NCBI GenBank assembly: GCA_038106525.1
Contig: JAYOEC010000001.1
Span: 24,876-88,875, forward strand
Length of the DNA: 64,000 nt
Direction: 5' to 3'
From: Minisyncoccota bacterium
GTDB taxonomy: Bacteria; Patescibacteriota; Minisyncoccia; Phycocordibacterales; Phycocordibacteraceae
The position numbers were made by a program, and so were the translations under genes. Positions 32,910 through 43,233 of this stretch are shown here, one piece after another. Below the pieces are notes generated by a model. The model made no database searches. It saw only the letters and a list, made by a program, of their open reading frames with translations, and was not told where the DNA came from. The first letter of the stretch is position 1; each line of letters starts with the position of its first letter.

Positions 32910-35099
32910 ATGGCAAAAAAGCGAGGGAGGCCGCCAAAAAATGAATCGGCATGGAAGCATGTCCCGCGACCGAGACTGCAAATAAAGGACGAGACCAAAA
33001 AGAGCATCTGGGCGATACTTGCACTGGTAATCGCTGGCCTATGCATCGCCGCACCGTTCGGTGCGGGAGGGTTGGTGGGTACAGCACTGTACCAGTGGCT
33101 ACAGACATCGTTTGGGGTCGGATACTTTCTGTTGCCGCTGGTTTCGCTGGCAGTTGCAATTGGACTCTTTGACTTGCTTCGAAAGGAAGAGGGGGACGAT
33201 GAGGCACAGCCTGTGGGCGGAAGATTGCTAGGTGCACTGGTCATCTTTACTTCAGGGACTGCCCTTCTTTCAATCTTGGGCAACTGGGGAGGTGTTGTGG
33301 GGGTGTGGCTCTCAAAGCCGTTCGTACTTCTTTTTGATTACACATTCGGCACCATACTTCTTGCCGCCTTCTTTATCATCGGAACTCTTTTTACACTCGA
33401 CACTCCGCTAAGGCTCCCTACCCTTTTTAGCCGACAGCGGCAGCCAAAAAACTCTGCCGACCAGGACCGCGACGACTCGCCGCATGAGGATGTGGAGATA
33501 GCAGTCGCCACATACGAGGACCCTCAACCTAAAGTTGCCGCGCCATTTGCGGTTAAAAAACAGGAAAAAAAGCCGGAACCGCTCCCCGAGGTCGAAGTGC
33601 CGCAAACACAAGGGTTTCAACTCCGTGACTCTGCATACAATGCACCACCGCTCTCCCTACTTGAACGAGAAAAAGGCAAGCCAGAAACTGGAGACATCAA
33701 AGCGAACGCGAATATCATCAAACGAACGCTGCAAAACTTCGGGATTATGGTTGAAATGGACGAAGTTGCCATCGGTCCGACCGTCACTCGATTTGCGCTG
33801 AAGCCGGCCGAGGGAGTCCGGCTACAAAAAATTGTGTCACTCCAAAATAACCTTGAGTTGGCACTCGCAGCATCCCCGGTGCGCATTGAAGCTCCGATAC
33901 CCGGAAAATCACTAGTGGGTATCGAGGTTCCAAACCAAAAAAAGGCGACCGTCGCCCTTGCGTCACTCCTCGCAGATCATAAGTTCTCTGACGAAAAGCG
34001 ACCCCTGTACGCGGCTCTCGGCAGAGATATTGCCGGAGCTCCGCACTACATCAACCTCGCCAAAATGCCGCACCTTTTGGTAGCTGGCGCAACGGGTTCT
34101 GGCAAATCGGTCACCATACACACCATGATCGCCTCGCTCCTCTATCGAAACGGACCAGGAACACTCCGGTTCATCATGATTGATCCAAAGCGCGTCGAAC
34201 TCACCTTATACAACGGCATCCCGCACCTCCTCACGCCAGTAATTACCGATCCGAAAAAGGCAATTCTCTCGCTCAAGTGGGCAGCCAAAGAAATGGAGCG
34301 ACGGTACAACCTGCTTGAAACACACGCGGTCCGCGACATCAGTTCATATCATGAAAATGTGGTCGCGGGGTGGACTGGCGACGCGTCGAGTGAGGCAGCT
34401 CCTGACCAGATGCCATACATAGTTGTCATTATTGATGAGCTTGCTGACATCATGCAGAGTTACCCCCGCGAGCTTGAAGCCTCGATCGTGCGACTAGCAC
34501 AGATGTCGCGCGCCGTCGGCATACACCTCATCCTATCAACGCAGCGGCCGAGCGTTAATGTGATTACCGGCCTCATCAAGGCAAATGTGCCTGCGCGCAT
34601 TGCGCTCCAGGTTGCGTCGCAGATCGACTCGCGCACCATCCTTGATGCCCCCGGCGCTGAGAACCTGCTTGGCGCTGGAGATATGCTTTTTCAGTCTGCC
34701 GATATGGCAAAACCGCACCGCATTCAAACCGCATTTGTTTCTGAGGCGGAGGTTAAGGAGGTGGCACGGTATATACAGAAAAACAACGATCCGTCAGTCG
34801 ATGATATTGCTATCACCGCAACAGGAAACGATGCGAGCCCGAATGCGCTGTTCGGAGCAAGTATGGAGGATGGTGCGGATGATGACCTCTTTGACGATGC
34901 TCGAGCAACTGTTGAGGAGGCAGGCAAGGCGTCGACCTCGCTCTTGCAGCGGAAGCTTCGGGTCGGCTATGCTCGAGCAGCCCGTCTCATGGATATCCTC
35001 GAGCAGAAAGGCATTATTGGTCCAGCCGACGGCGCAAGACCCCGTGAGGTTCTGACTGTCTCACGAAGTGCCGGAGGTGAGCAAGAGACTGAAGCATGA
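32910..35099 (+). CDS. ftsK: DNA translocase FtsK/SpoIIIE
   Basis: N-terminal TMs, linker, motor domain LLVAGATGSGKSVTIHTMIASLLYRN...RFIMIDPKRVEL...IVVIIDELADIM, and gamma domain (KLRVGYARAARLMDILEQKGIIG). Confidence 0.92.
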   Translation: MAKKRGRPPKNESAWKHVPRPRLQIKDETKKSIWAILALVIAGLCIAAPFGAGGLVGTALYQWLQTSFGVGYFLLPLVSLAVAIGLFDLLRKEEGDDEAQPVGGRLLGALVIFTSGTALLSILGNWGGVVGVWLSKPFVLLFDYTFGTILLAAFFIIGTLFTLDTPLRLPTLFSRQRQPKNSADQDRDDSPHEDVEIAVATYEDPQPKVAAPFAVKKQEKKPEPLPEVEVPQTQGFQLRDSAYNAPPLSLLEREKGKPETGDIKANANIIKRTLQNFGIMVEMDEVAIGPTVTRFALKPAEGVRLQKIVSLQNNLELALAASPVRIEAPIPGKSLVGIEVPNQKKATVALASLLADHKFSDEKRPLYAALGRDIAGAPHYINLAKMPHLLVAGATGSGKSVTIHTMIASLLYRNGPGTLRFIMIDPKRVELTLYNGIPHLLTPVITDPKKAILSLKWAAKEMERRYNLLETHAVRDISSYHENVVAGWTGDASSEAAPDQMPYIVVIIDELADIMQSYPRELEASIVRLAQMSRAVGIHLILSTQRPSVNVITGLIKANVPARIALQVASQIDSRTILDAPGAENLLGAGDMLFQSADMAKPHRIQTAFVSEAEVKEVARYIQKNNDPSVDDIAITATGNDASPNALFGASMEDGADDDLFDDARATVEEAGKASTSLLQRKLRVGYARAARLMDILEQKGIIGPADGARPREVLTVSRSAGGEQETEA

Positions 35100-35500
35100 G
35101 CCCCTACGGCTCGTTCGCAGATAACCGACTCCCTTTCCTCATCGGGGTCGCGGCCCTTGTTTTTGTTGCCGGATACGCCTTTTATGCAGCTCTTCCCATA
35201 CTCGCTGGCCCAAGCCTCTCGATGGAAAGCCCGGTACCCTATCAGGCAACCTCGAGTAGTCGGGTCCTCGTGAGCGGCTCGACCGAACGGGTCCAATTTC
35301 TGTGGATAAATGGCAACCCTGTCGCCCTCTCCGAGAACGGATCATTCGCCGTGCTGCGGAGCATCCCTGCAGGGTATACTGAGTTCGTCATCAAAGCTGA
35401 TGACCGCTTTGGTCGGAGTACTGAAGCGCACATCCCAGTACTCGCGTTACATACCAACCTAAGTACTACCACTCATGACAAAGAACAAGAAGCAGAGTGA
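35096..35500 (+). CDS. Small membrane-anchored hypothetical protein
   Basis: ATGA overlap with the ftsK stop. [29 protein letters not shown], then ~90-aa extracytoplasmic segment. Confidence 0.5.
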   Translation: MSPYGSFADNRLPFLIGVAALVFVAGYAFYAALPILAGPSLSMESPVPYQATSSSRVLVSGSTERVQFLWINGNPVALSENGSFAVLRSIPAGYTEFVIKADDRFGRSTEAHIPVLALHTNLSTTTHDKEQEAE

Positions 35501-36500
35501 GAAGGAGTCTCCCGCAGCAGATCGGCGAGCTTCAATATCGGACGCGATTGCATCTATAAAGACGAAATTTGGCGAGGAAGCAATTATGACCCTCGGCTCA
35601 GCGCCGAAGGTTGGCGTAGACGCGGTACCAACCGGGTCGATTGGACTTGATTGGGCACTTGGCATCGGTGGCGTCCCACGGGGCCGCATTATTGAGATCT
35701 TCGGACCTGAATCATCTGGAAAGACAACGCTCTCACTGCACATCATTGCAGAGGCCCAAAAAAAAGGTGGGATTTGTGCGTTTGTTGATGCAGAGCATGC
35801 GCTTGACCCGGAGTACGCGAAACGCCTCGGCGTGAAGACTGAGGATCTTTTGGTATCGCAGCCAGATACCGGAGAGCAGGCGCTCGAGATCACCGAGTCA
35901 CTGGTTCGCTCGGGGAAGATTGATGTTGTAGTAGTAGACTCGGTTGCGGCCCTCACCCCGAAAGACGAGATCGAGGGAGAAATGGGGCAAGCACATGTCG
36001 GCAAGCAAGCACGACTTATGTCGCAGGCGCTCCGCAAACTTACCGCCATTGTTGCAAAATCAAAGACCGTGGTGATTTTCATCAACCAGATCCGTATGCA
36101 GATCGGCGTGATGTTCGGAAATCCTGAGACAACTCCGGGCGGTAAGGCACTCAAATTCTACACCTCCGTCCGAATGGATATCCGCCGCATTGCACAAATC
36201 AAGAAAGGTGAGGAGGTTGTCGGAGGTCGTGTCAGGGTTAAGGTCGTCAAGAACAAAGTCGCTGCTCCATTCAAGCAGACTGAGTTCGACCTCATGTACA
36301 ATGAGGGCATCAGCCGAGAGGGCGAGCTTATCGCGCTCGGCGAAAAGTACAACCTGGTACAAAAGAGCGGTGCGTCATACAAATTCGGAGCTGAACAGCT
36401 TGGCCGTGGCTATGATGCAACGCGGCAGTTTTTGAAGGAAAATCCAAAAATCGCCACAGAACTTCTGAAAGCGATCCAAACAAAATTTAAGGAGGGCTAG
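35475..36500 (+). CDS. recA: Recombinase RecA
   Basis: [63 protein letters not shown]... canonical RecA; 341 aa. Confidence 0.95.
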   Translation: MTKNKKQSEKESPAADRRASISDAIASIKTKFGEEAIMTLGSAPKVGVDAVPTGSIGLDWALGIGGVPRGRIIEIFGPESSGKTTLSLHIIAEAQKKGGICAFVDAEHALDPEYAKRLGVKTEDLLVSQPDTGEQALEITESLVRSGKIDVVVVDSVAALTPKDEIEGEMGQAHVGKQARLMSQALRKLTAIVAKSKTVVIFINQIRMQIGVMFGNPETTPGGKALKFYTSVRMDIRRIAQIKKGEEVVGGRVRVKVVKNKVAAPFKQTEFDLMYNEGISREGELIALGEKYNLVQKSGASYKFGAEQLGRGYDATRQFLKENPKIATELLKAIQTKFKEG

Positions 36501-36826
36501 AGGGGCTCCGAATATGTGACAAGCTTTGTGTTCCGGGCGATATCCATTCCTGCCCACCCCAGCATCGCAACGAGCGCAAGTGCGAGCGCTTGCACCAGCA
36601 CTTCTGCCTCAGTGAATGCAGTAACGAGGAAACGAACGAGGCCGGTAACGCTCCCCGTATTGAGAAGATTTGCGGCAATATTCAAAATTGATACGGAGCC
36701 AACAATCGCAAGAAGGAGGACCAACGAGATAATGATGCGTGGTATTGGCTTGCAAACCTGCCTGCCGCAGTACATCAGGTACACGCGGCGCATGACTCGT
36801 TTCCTTTGTTGAGGTGAGAGTTGCAT
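36497..36826 (-). CDS. Small membrane protein (hypothetical)
   Basis: Two hydrophobic helices ([24 protein letters not shown]; [17 protein letters not shown]). Convergent with recA. No homology. Confidence 0.35.
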   Translation of the reverse strand: MQLSPQQRKRVMRRVYLMYCGRQVCKPIPRIIISLVLLLAIVGSVSILNIAANLLNTGSVTGLVRFLVTAFTEAEVLVQALALALVAMLGWAGMDIARNTKLVTYSEPL

Positions 36827-36839
36827 AGGTAGGTAACGA

Positions 36840-37454
36840 TTATTCTGGCGCAGCAGCGCGGACTGCCGTCTTGGCGCGATGTATCCGCGCCTTTATCGCC
36901 CCAACAGTAGTCCCCTCCTCGCTCGCAATTTGCACATACGGGATGCCGTCAATGTATGCTCTCCTTAAGAGTCGGGCTGTATCAGAATCAACGCGGCCAA
37001 GTGCCCGCACTACCTCGTCAGTAGCAAGGTAATCTTCGTGCTCACCGGACTGATCCGCAAGCGACTCGTAGTGTGTGTCTTCGAGATGCACCGTTGCGCT
37101 GCGTTCTTTAACCTGCCTCTGGTATCGTGTCCGGGCGACATTCATAAGGATCGTAAGCGCCCAGGTGCGGAAGGAGCCGTTTTTTGGATCAAACTTAGGA
37201 CCAAATCGGTACATGCGGATAAATGCCTCCTGCGCCACATCCTCAGCGTCGTCTGTGCTTTTTACCACTGCGCGAGCGCGAGAGAGAAACTCTCGCTGGT
37301 ATCGAAGCATCAGGAGTTCAAATAGAGCCGGCGAGTCAAGCGACTGGCGCAAGAGCTCTTCGTCTGAGAGTTCGGATCCGACCGCCTCCATACCACTCAC
37401 TATCCTCCTTTGGAGCGCTTCGTCAACCCCTGAAAGCGTTTGCAATGCATACAT
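36840..37454 (-). CDS. RNA polymerase sigma-70 family factor (ECF-type)
   Basis: Region 2 FELLMLRYQREFLSRARAVV...DAEDVAQEAFIRMYRF and region 4 LLRRAYIDGIPYVQIASEEGTTVGAIKARIHRAKTAV. Confidence 0.8.
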   Translation of the reverse strand: MYALQTLSGVDEALQRRIVSGMEAVGSELSDEELLRQSLDSPALFELLMLRYQREFLSRARAVVKSTDDAEDVAQEAFIRMYRFGPKFDPKNGSFRTWALTILMNVARTRYQRQVKERSATVHLEDTHYESLADQSGEHEDYLATDEVVRALGRVDSDTARLLRRAYIDGIPYVQIASEEGTTVGAIKARIHRAKTAVRAAAPE

Positions 37455-37517
37455 GAATTGATGTATGGTATACCGTGTCAGTATTCATACTTTCTTACTC
37501 ATCAAACGGTTACACTT

Positions 37518-38093
37518 ATGGCAGTCCTCACATACAGCGAAATAACTTCAGGAAAAGTTATCACTTTCGACGGAAACATTTACCAGGTGCTTGCATCGCA
37601 TGTGATGCGCAAGGATATGGGCAAGCCCTCGAATCGAACCAAACTCAGAAACCTGAAAACGGGCAAGGTTGCCGAGGTGATGTTCCATGCTGCCGAAACC
37701 GTCAGTGAAGCAGATATTGAATCAAAAGAGGCGAAATTCGTCTATGCAAACCGTGGTGAGGCGTGGTTTTGCGACCCAGAAAATCCGCGGGACAGATTTT
37801 CTCTTCCCGAATCGCACATCGCCGAACAGCTCCCCTACATGAAGCAGGATATGTTGGTTGAAATGCGTCGTTGGGAAGGAGAGCTCCTCGGGGTGCACCT
37901 CCCGATAAAGATGGATTTTATAATTAAAGACGCCCCACCTGCAGTCAAAGGCAACACGGTATCTGGCGGCTCGAAACAGGCAACGCTTGAAACCGGCGCG
38001 GTAGTGAGTGTCCCTTTGTTTATAAACCCGGGCGACACGGTACGCGTCAATACGGAGACCGGCGAGTATGTCGAGAGGGTTGAGAAAGCCTAA
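37518..38093 (+). CDS. efp: Elongation factor P
   Basis: Start moved to MAVLTYSEITSGKVITFDGNIYQVLASHVMRKDMGKPSNRTKLRNLKTGKVAEVMF. Three-domain EF-P length (191 aa). Confidence 0.85.
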   Translation: MAVLTYSEITSGKVITFDGNIYQVLASHVMRKDMGKPSNRTKLRNLKTGKVAEVMFHAAETVSEADIESKEAKFVYANRGEAWFCDPENPRDRFSLPESHIAEQLPYMKQDMLVEMRRWEGELLGVHLPIKMDFIIKDAPPAVKGNTVSGGSKQATLETGAVVSVPLFINPGDTVRVNTETGEYVERVEKA

Positions 38094-38275
38094 TTCGAAG
38101 TGTACGGAAGAAGCGCCATAAAACGCGCGCGCTTGATCGCCTGATCAATCTTGCGCTGGTGTGCAGCAGGCACATTGGTGCGGCGCTTGCCCATGATTCG
38201 CGCATGCGGCGTCAAAAATGACGACAGGTACTTAGTGTCTTTATAGTTTACAAAAAGCGGAACTGGATTTTGCAT
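38090..38275 (-). CDS. rpsR: 30S ribosomal protein S18
   Basis: FVNYKDTKYLSSFLTPHARIMGKRRTNVPAAHQRKIDQAIKRARFMALLPYT matches the S18 core. Confidence 0.85.
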   Translation of the reverse strand: MQNPVPLFVNYKDTKYLSSFLTPHARIMGKRRTNVPAAHQRKIDQAIKRARFMALLPYTSN

Positions 38276-38320
38276 GGTGTGTAGACTATATACGGAATCA
38301 GTGGTTTCTGCAACTGCTGG

Positions 38321-38749
38321 TTAAAATGGAATATCGTCCGGGCTCACGGTCTCCTCAGGATACTCGACCTCCTCGCGGTGCTGTTCCTTCCCGCTGCTGC
38401 GCTCGGCCCCTTGCCCTGCACCGCCTGCCTTCGCGCCAAACTGAACGCGGTCGGCGACAATCTCAGTGCGGTACTGCTTTTGACCATCTTTTTCCCACCC
38501 GCGAGTCTGGATCCTACCCTCAACCAATACTTGCTGCCCCTTCTTCAAATACTGCGCGCAAGTATCCGCCTGGCGCCCAAACACAACGATGTTATGAAAC
38601 TCGGTTGCCTCCTTCTTTTCTCCGCTCTGATCGCGCCACACCCTATTGGTTGCAACACCAAAGGTGCACACCTGCGCCCCAGACGGAAGCGCCCGCAACT
38701 CTGGGTCTCGGGTGAGGTTGCCTGCAATGAAAGCTTTGTTGAGGTACAT
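38321..38749 (-). CDS. ssb: Single-stranded DNA-binding protein
   Basis: OB-fold NKAFIAGNLTRDPELRALPSGAQVCTFGVATNRVWRDQSGEKKEATEFHNIVVFG...; acidic tail ending DDIPF. Confidence 0.9.
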   Translation of the reverse strand: MYLNKAFIAGNLTRDPELRALPSGAQVCTFGVATNRVWRDQSGEKKEATEFHNIVVFGRQADTCAQYLKKGQQVLVEGRIQTRGWEKDGQKQYRTEIVADRVQFGAKAGGAGQGAERSSGKEQHREEVEYPEETVSPDDIPF

Positions 38750-38751
38750 GG

Positions 38752-39312
38752 CTACTCTTTCATCGTAGCATCCTCTTTCTCAAGGGACTCGAGCGCATCG
38801 GAGAGTGCCTCGTCAGAGACTTGCGCTGATTCCTCCTGTGCTCGCTTCGGGGCCTGAATAGCAGCGGTCGGCGCTTGGGCTGTCGGAACAATAACCGCTC
38901 CCTCCATCACCGCCCTTACCTCATCCTTCGAAGTCAAAACAACAAGATACCTGAGGACGGAGTCATTCCGATCAAGTGCAGCTTTCAGTTCCGCAAGCCT
39001 GTGGGGGGCAATCTCAAACGCTACCCAGCCAAAGTAGGTAGCAGTAAAGCTTGTTAACTTCCCTTCAATCTTTTTCTCAAGCGCATAGGCAAGATCTGTT
39101 TTTTCGGGAACCTTTTCACCGACAAGAGAAGCACCAGCATCTGCGAGCATTTTTGTGAGCGCGGCTACTTGCTGCGCTACCTCTACTTCGCTGAGTGTTG
39201 GAATCAGGTGGTACCCAACCTCGTACACATTCAGCGCACCCTCCTTCTCTCCAGCAGCGTCAAAAACGCCGGCTTCCCCAGCCTCAAGATCCAATGTCAT
39301 ATCATCTGCCAT
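38752..39312 (-). CDS. rpsF: 30S ribosomal protein S6 with extended acidic C-terminal tail
   Basis: YEVGYHLIPTLSEVEVAQQVAALTKMLADAGASLVGEKVPEKTDLAYALEKK... S6 fold. Conserved rpsF-ssb-rpsR order. Start moved to MADDM. Confidence 0.75.
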   Translation of the reverse strand: MADDMTLDLEAGEAGVFDAAGEKEGALNVYEVGYHLIPTLSEVEVAQQVAALTKMLADAGASLVGEKVPEKTDLAYALEKKIEGKLTSFTATYFGWVAFEIAPHRLAELKAALDRNDSVLRYLVVLTSKDEVRAVMEGAVIVPTAQAPTAAIQAPKRAQEESAQVSDEALSDALESLEKEDATMKE

Positions 39313-39337
39313 AGTGCCAGGAATGGTATCACGGCCT

Positions 39338-40141
39338 CTAGGAAATGGCAAAAACCCGCTTTGCATTCTCTAAGATCTGCGCAGCCACCGCGGCCTCTGG
39401 CTCGCCCCTAATGCGCGCTATAGCCCGAACAACATATTGAACATTCACGGGTTCGTTGCGCTTGCCTCGATGCGGAACAGGGGCTGCGTATGGCGAATCA
39501 GTCTCGGTAAGGAGCATGGCAAGCGGTGCAAACTTGACGACATCATGGTACTCGTCGGCGAATGTCAAAACCCCTGTAAATGAAGTAGTGAAGCCGATCT
39601 GATAGAAGCGGCGCGCAAGTGCGACATTCCCCACAAAAAAATGAATGTTCCCGCGGAGCAACTCTCCCACCTGTCGATGCTCCGCCTCAAGACGGTCAGC
39701 CAAATCTGCATACGCGTCCATCGAGCCCTTCGAAGGCCGACAATGGATCATTAGTGGTTTTTTATGGAGCATGGCAAATGCAAGTTGCGCCTCAAACTCC
39801 TCCCACTGGCGCTTCTTTTTAAGTGCTGCGTTGTCCTCTATCCGATGGTAGTCTAAACCGCACTCACCAACCCCTACAACCTTTGAGTTGGAAACAAGCT
39901 CAGCAAATGCTGCACCAGTAAACTGTTCGTTCGGTGTGTTGTTTGGGTGGAGACCAATGGTCGCGTAGAATCCGTCGTTCTTTTCAGCAAAATTTATTGC
40001 CTCCTTGCTCGTCGCAAAGTCCACGCCGACCGTAATAGTCCCGACCCCCGCTTTACGCATTCGCTCAATAACTGCGCCGCGGTCGTGGTCGTATTCTGGA
40101 AACGATACATGCGAGTGCACATCAAAATACTGAAGGTCCAT
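39338..40141 (-). CDS. tatD: TatD-family metal-dependent hydrolase/DNase
   Basis: Start MDLQYFDVHSHVSFPEYDHDRGAVIERMRKAGVGTITVGVDFATSKEAINFAEKNDGFYATIGLHPN. TIM-barrel TatD motifs. Confidence 0.8.
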   Translation of the reverse strand: MDLQYFDVHSHVSFPEYDHDRGAVIERMRKAGVGTITVGVDFATSKEAINFAEKNDGFYATIGLHPNNTPNEQFTGAAFAELVSNSKVVGVGECGLDYHRIEDNAALKKKRQWEEFEAQLAFAMLHKKPLMIHCRPSKGSMDAYADLADRLEAEHRQVGELLRGNIHFFVGNVALARRFYQIGFTTSFTGVLTFADEYHDVVKFAPLAMLLTETDSPYAAPVPHRGKRNEPVNVQYVVRAIARIRGEPEAAVAAQILENAKRVFAIS

Positions 40142-40142
40142 A

Positions 40143-40730
40143 TCAGTAGTTGTCTGAATTCCGTTCAGATACCAGTCCAAGTCTTTGAAGGCCCTCAAGT
40201 GCTGCAGGGAGTGCAAACACTCCTTGCGAACCCGTCAGATGCTTGCCATCTTGTAATGTCACGAGTTCGACACCAAGCTCCCGAGCAAGAAGGACCCCCT
40301 CTTCATATGGCACCATATCGTCGTTTGTTGCGTGTATAATCACAAAGCTTTTGCACTGGTTCTTAATTTTTTCAAAATCAAACGCCTGATAAAAGCCAGC
40401 GGTTGCAAGGTTTTCTGATGGATGAGTCTTCCCAGAGACAAGCACTGCGCCTGCTACCGCCCGTGCATTCTCTGACTGCAGGTAGTCTAAGATGGCAGCG
40501 ACCCCGAGAGAGTGCCCCACAAGGTATACCGTGCCTGCAACATGCCGATCAACGGCACGCGCAATCTCTGCCACCCATTCCTCCTGCTTCGGGGTCGCGG
40601 GGGTCGGCATATCAAGTGCGCATGCATACACGGCTTGTTTCTTAAGTTCGCCCATCAGCCAGGGGAACCACGAACCGTTCGGGGTGGTCTTGAATCCGTG
40701 CACAAGCAGTACTCGCTGCGTGCTAATCAT
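40143..40730 (-). CDS. Alpha/beta-hydrolase (serine hydrolase, YdeN/RBBP9-like)
   Basis: RVLLVHGFKTTPNGSWFPW...VYLVGHSLGVAAIL (GxSxG nucleophile elbow); ~195 aa. Confidence 0.6.
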   Translation of the reverse strand: MISTQRVLLVHGFKTTPNGSWFPWLMGELKKQAVYACALDMPTPATPKQEEWVAEIARAVDRHVAGTVYLVGHSLGVAAILDYLQSENARAVAGAVLVSGKTHPSENLATAGFYQAFDFEKIKNQCKSFVIIHATNDDMVPYEEGVLLARELGVELVTLQDGKHLTGSQGVFALPAALEGLQRLGLVSERNSDNY

Positions 40731-42160
40731 GGTTCGATGCGCTTAAAGAGCGATTCGGGCTTCGTATTTGTTCGCACCGCAATGCCGATTTTCTCTGCTG
40801 TCTCTGGCATGAAGGGCGCTATCATATATGATAGCAACGCAAGTCTCTGTACCAGCTCTGTAATTAAATGTTTTCCAGCCTCGGGATGAATTTTGATCAG
40901 CTTGAAAGGGGCCTCGGCGTTAATGCGCTGATCCAGTGCTTGTATCTCAGCCCACACCACATCCATTGCCTTAGTAAACTCAAACGCATCAAGCGCATCA
41001 GATACCCCTTTCGGAAATGCGTGATTCCTAACTGCAACTGGCGCATCAAGGTTATCCTCGGCAAGCTTCATCACGCGTGCAACAAGGTTGCCAAGGCCGT
41101 TTGCAAGATTGCCATTGTACGCGTCATTAAAACCCTCTTCGGTCATATCACCGTCGGTAAAAGGTGATATGTGGCGCAGCAAATAGTAGCGCACCGCCTC
41201 AGCGCCGTACTTTTCGGCAAGCACAATAGGGTCGATGACATTTCCGAGAGTTTTACTCATCTTTCTTCCTCCAGAAAGAATGAGCCCGTGTGCGAGTATC
41301 ACTCTCGGAAGCTGCATACCCGCCGAAAGAAGCATCGCGGGCCAAATTGCCGCATGAAATCGTAAAATATCCTTGCCAATTACATGCACATCGGCTGGCC
41401 ACCATCGTGCAAACCCTTCCTTATCGCGGCCATACCCTACTGCAGTTGCATAGTTCGCGAGAGCATCGCACCATACATACATTATCTGTGACGGATCTCC
41501 AGGCACGGGGACTCCAAGACTCTCAGGCCAATTGGCCCTCCGAGGGCGCGAAAAACTCACATCCTCAAGCCCCTCGTTGAGAAGCGATACTATTTCATTC
41601 CTACGGGTCTCTGGAAGCACCAGCAGCTCTCCCGACTCAATCTTCCCTTTTATTTGAGAGGTGTACTTGGAAAGCCTAAAAAAATAATTCTCCTCTTTAA
41701 GGTGCTGTGGTTCTGTATCGTGGTCCGGACACTTGCCATTAACCAACTCCTTCTCAGTTACAAACGCTTCGTGTCCAACGCAGTACAAACCCTCATATTC
41801 CTTTTTATAGATATCACCGGACGCAACCAACTCTTTCCACAGAGCTGTAGAGCCGGGCCAGTGAACCCGTTGGTCGGTCGTGCGAATAAATTGATCGTAA
41901 GAAATTCCAAAATCATTAAAAGTCTTTTTGAATTGCTGTACTGTCTCATCAAGAAACGCCATCGGCTCCCGGTGAAGCTTTGTGGCGGAGTCGACCATCT
42001 TTTGCGTGTTCTCATCAGTACCGGTCAAAAAGTGTGTAGCGTCACCAATAAGCCGATGGTACCGTGCAAGGACATCAGCCAACACAGTTGGATACAGGTT
42101 CCCAAGATGAGGACGCGCATTAGGATAGAATATCGGCGTTGTGGTGTAGAACTTCCCCAT
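40727..42160 (-). CDS. metG: Methionyl-tRNA synthetase (short form, no C-terminal tRNA-binding domain)
   Basis: Start MGKFYTTTPIFYPNARPHLGNLYPTVLADVLARYHRLIG (HIGH-type motif). KMSKTLGNVIDP (KMSKS). The track's N-terminal extension overlaps the upstream gene. Confidence 0.9.
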   Translation of the reverse strand: MGKFYTTTPIFYPNARPHLGNLYPTVLADVLARYHRLIGDATHFLTGTDENTQKMVDSATKLHREPMAFLDETVQQFKKTFNDFGISYDQFIRTTDQRVHWPGSTALWKELVASGDIYKKEYEGLYCVGHEAFVTEKELVNGKCPDHDTEPQHLKEENYFFRLSKYTSQIKGKIESGELLVLPETRRNEIVSLLNEGLEDVSFSRPRRANWPESLGVPVPGDPSQIMYVWCDALANYATAVGYGRDKEGFARWWPADVHVIGKDILRFHAAIWPAMLLSAGMQLPRVILAHGLILSGGRKMSKTLGNVIDPIVLAEKYGAEAVRYYLLRHISPFTDGDMTEEGFNDAYNGNLANGLGNLVARVMKLAEDNLDAPVAVRNHAFPKGVSDALDAFEFTKAMDVVWAEIQALDQRINAEAPFKLIKIHPEAGKHLITELVQRLALLSYMIAPFMPETAEKIGIAVRTNTKPESLFKRIEP

Positions 42161-42161
42161 C

Positions 42162-43229
42162 CTAGTGTTCCATTTCGGCAAGTTGGCGTTCTTTTGAACG
42201 CTGGATGTCGCCGACAAATTCTGATATCGCCGCTGCAATCGGGACCGAGAGCAGGACCCCCAAAAAGCCTGCAAGCTGGCCTCCGGCAATCAGTGCGATG
42301 ATGACGAGGAGCGGCGGCACTCCGATCACCTTTTTCACCACCAGCGGGTAGATGAGATTTGACTGCAGCTGATTGATGACGATAAATCCGCCAATAACGG
42401 CAAGCAGCATCGGGAGCCCGCCGACAGTAAAACCGATTGCGACCGATGGCGCAGCGGCTATGTAGGTGCCAAATACCGGAATCAGCTCGGTAAGTGCAGC
42501 AAATACGGCGAGGAGAAATGCATACGGAACCCCAAGAATAGCAAGCCACAGATACACAAGGACACCGGCAATGAGGGACAAAAGGAGCTGCCCTTGCATC
42601 CAGAGCCCAATCTTGCGTTGCGAGCGCTTCCACAGATCTACGCCATACTTCTGATGCTCGACGGGCAGAATGACGCGCAGAAAGTCGTCGACACCAGTCT
42701 CCTGAATTGCGAAGTAGATTGAGAGCACCACAATGAGGACAAACGAGACTACGCCACCAAAGACCCCTGCAAGCGCCTTAAACGCACCGACCGAAGTCTC
42801 AGTAAAGATCCCCTGTACTTGCGTTATGTACTCTTGAAAGGTTGGAACCCCGCCGACCACCTCGCGCGCGGAGTCAACAATGCGATTGTTCAAGATATCA
42901 TCAATATTTACCGCCTCTAGGTACTGCGGCAAATCGGAGGAAAGGTTTGCAGTCTCCTTCAGGAGCGGCGGAAAGAACGAGTATGCAACACCGAATATCG
43001 TCCCAAAAATAATGGTGTATACCAGTGCCACCGCGAGAATGCGCGGCGCCCGATGCCGCATAAACCACTGCACACCTGGCTCAACCGCACTCGCAAGAAC
43101 AACCGCGGTTAAAATAATCAGTACCAGATCCTTGAGGAAAAAGAGCAACCATACTAAGAGCCCGACTCCAAAAATCGTAAGTACAGTCCCAGTGGTGATA
43201 TGGATCGAGAGTGGCCCGCGCTCTGCCAT
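42162..43229 (-). CDS. AI-2E family transporter (UPF0118/PerM)
   Basis: 8-TM profile with conserved ...LIILTAVVLASAVEPGVQWFMRHRAPR... and C-terminal GVLLSVPIAAAISEFV. Confidence 0.8.
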   Translation of the reverse strand: MAERGPLSIHITTGTVLTIFGVGLLVWLLFFLKDLVLIILTAVVLASAVEPGVQWFMRHRAPRILAVALVYTIIFGTIFGVAYSFFPPLLKETANLSSDLPQYLEAVNIDDILNNRIVDSAREVVGGVPTFQEYITQVQGIFTETSVGAFKALAGVFGGVVSFVLIVVLSIYFAIQETGVDDFLRVILPVEHQKYGVDLWKRSQRKIGLWMQGQLLLSLIAGVLVYLWLAILGVPYAFLLAVFAALTELIPVFGTYIAAAPSVAIGFTVGGLPMLLAVIGGFIVINQLQSNLIYPLVVKKVIGVPPLLVIIALIAGGQLAGFLGVLLSVPIAAAISEFVGDIQRSKERQLAEMEH

Positions 43230-43233
43230 GGTG